Source: Chromera velia (lineage: Eukaryota). Taken from it: a stretch of DNA of 48,134 bases. This document shows positions 47,081 through 48,134 of the stretch, piece by piece. Position 1 is the first letter of the stretch. Each line of letters begins with the position of its first letter. The translations under genes and the position numbers were made by a program. The stretch is taken from positions 1 to 48,134 of the forward strand of contig JAHBMJ010000405.1 of NCBI GenBank assembly GCA_018398765.1, read 5' to 3'. Under the pieces are notes generated by a model. It ran no database searches. It saw only the letters and a program-made list of their open reading frames with translations, and was not told where the DNA came from.

Positions 47081-48134
47081 AGACAGCTTTTCAGAATAAA
47101 AGAAAGTCACTGCGACAAACGAACGAACGCAACCAAGCTAGGGATGTTTCTAAAACATCATTCCGGTAACTTTCCCCCCCCCCTCTTCTCCAGTGCCCCC
47201 CTACTCCAACGAAGAGTATAGCAGGCTAGCATTCGGAGCAGACTGCTTGCCTATTATCCACCTGCCTGCGTCTGCCTCCCTGCTTCTGTCTGCTGTCTGT
47301 CTAGGCTATCTGTCTGCCTGCATCTGCTTGCCTGTGTCTGGCAGAGCGTACCTGCATCTGCCTGCCTATCATATTCCCACCGGCCGGCTTGTCATTGATC
47401 CTAGCTTTCAACTTTGAAATATGTCCGCAATCGCGTAATCTATAATCAATGAGAAGCGACATCATGTTTAAAGGGGGGTATTTCTAAATAATTTGAAGTA
47501 ATCATCACCAAAACCATCATAAATTTAAACAGCTTTACTAGCTCCACGTGACACTTTTGATATGATAATTAGCGAGTAAACAATTTTTTTTTAGTGGTTT
47601 ACTATTCTTTCATATTAGGATATAGGATCATAATTTATTAAGTCAATCCCCTTAGGGTCTCGATACGATCCTAGCCCTTTCTATAGAACGGTGTAAGTTG
47701 ACGCTCTGAGTCATGTCCAGCACTGGGCCAGCAGTGGATAGTGGGAGAAGTTCCTGGAGAACCTAAAGCATAGAGTAGTGTAGAGCCTATCATTCTATCT
47801 TATTTGATCTTATCCTAACTTAAATGAGGTATTATCATTATTTCAGTTAGGTTCCATTTTTTGAACATCATTTTCTGTTGTTGTAAAATATCTAATAAAA
47901 TATTTAAGGTAAAAAACCTATACTGAGAACTAGACTAAAAAAAGGACAAACTTTAGAAATACTTCATATTGATTTTGATACGTGTCCTACTTAAAGAATG
48001 CATGTTTGAATGTAACCGAGTGCTAACATCAATTTAATTACTGTAATGATCCTAACAAAAAATAAAGAAAAGAAAAGATATATACCACACTAGCTTAAAG
48101 TATGCATCACGCTTCACACGTTTTTTTGATGATT

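Overview
Eukaryotic, intron-rich genomic DNA with microsatellite-filled introns and AT-rich intergenic islands. A BDP1-type ankyrin-bromodomain gene and TGCATGCA clusters point to an apicomplexan-related alveolate (chromerid-like); this is an inference. All gene models were spliced by hand from GT-AG sites and phase checks. In order: (1) a tail-to-tail pair of paralogous beta-helix-like protein genes, the complete one encoding signal peptide + 2 EGF + beta-helix; (2) a ~10.5 kb receptor-like gene with putative signal peptide, bacterial-type PPC-like domain, 14 near-identical 99-bp ankyrin units varying at DARPin-type binding positions, degenerate ankyrins with a frameshift, and an XK-like multi-TM C-terminus; (3) an Erg28-like membrane protein divergent from a GH16+LamG-like gene; (4) a 15-exon VPS4 divergent from a BDP1-like gene; (5) two copies of a hAT-like MITE; (6) a non-autonomous LTR element with a second, oppositely oriented LTR element nested inside, which has non-TG/CA ends and an orphan ORF; (7) a decayed RGG-rich ORF. 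One N-gap lies at 10217-10262. Most short ORFs in the supplied track are microsatellite or antisense artefacts.
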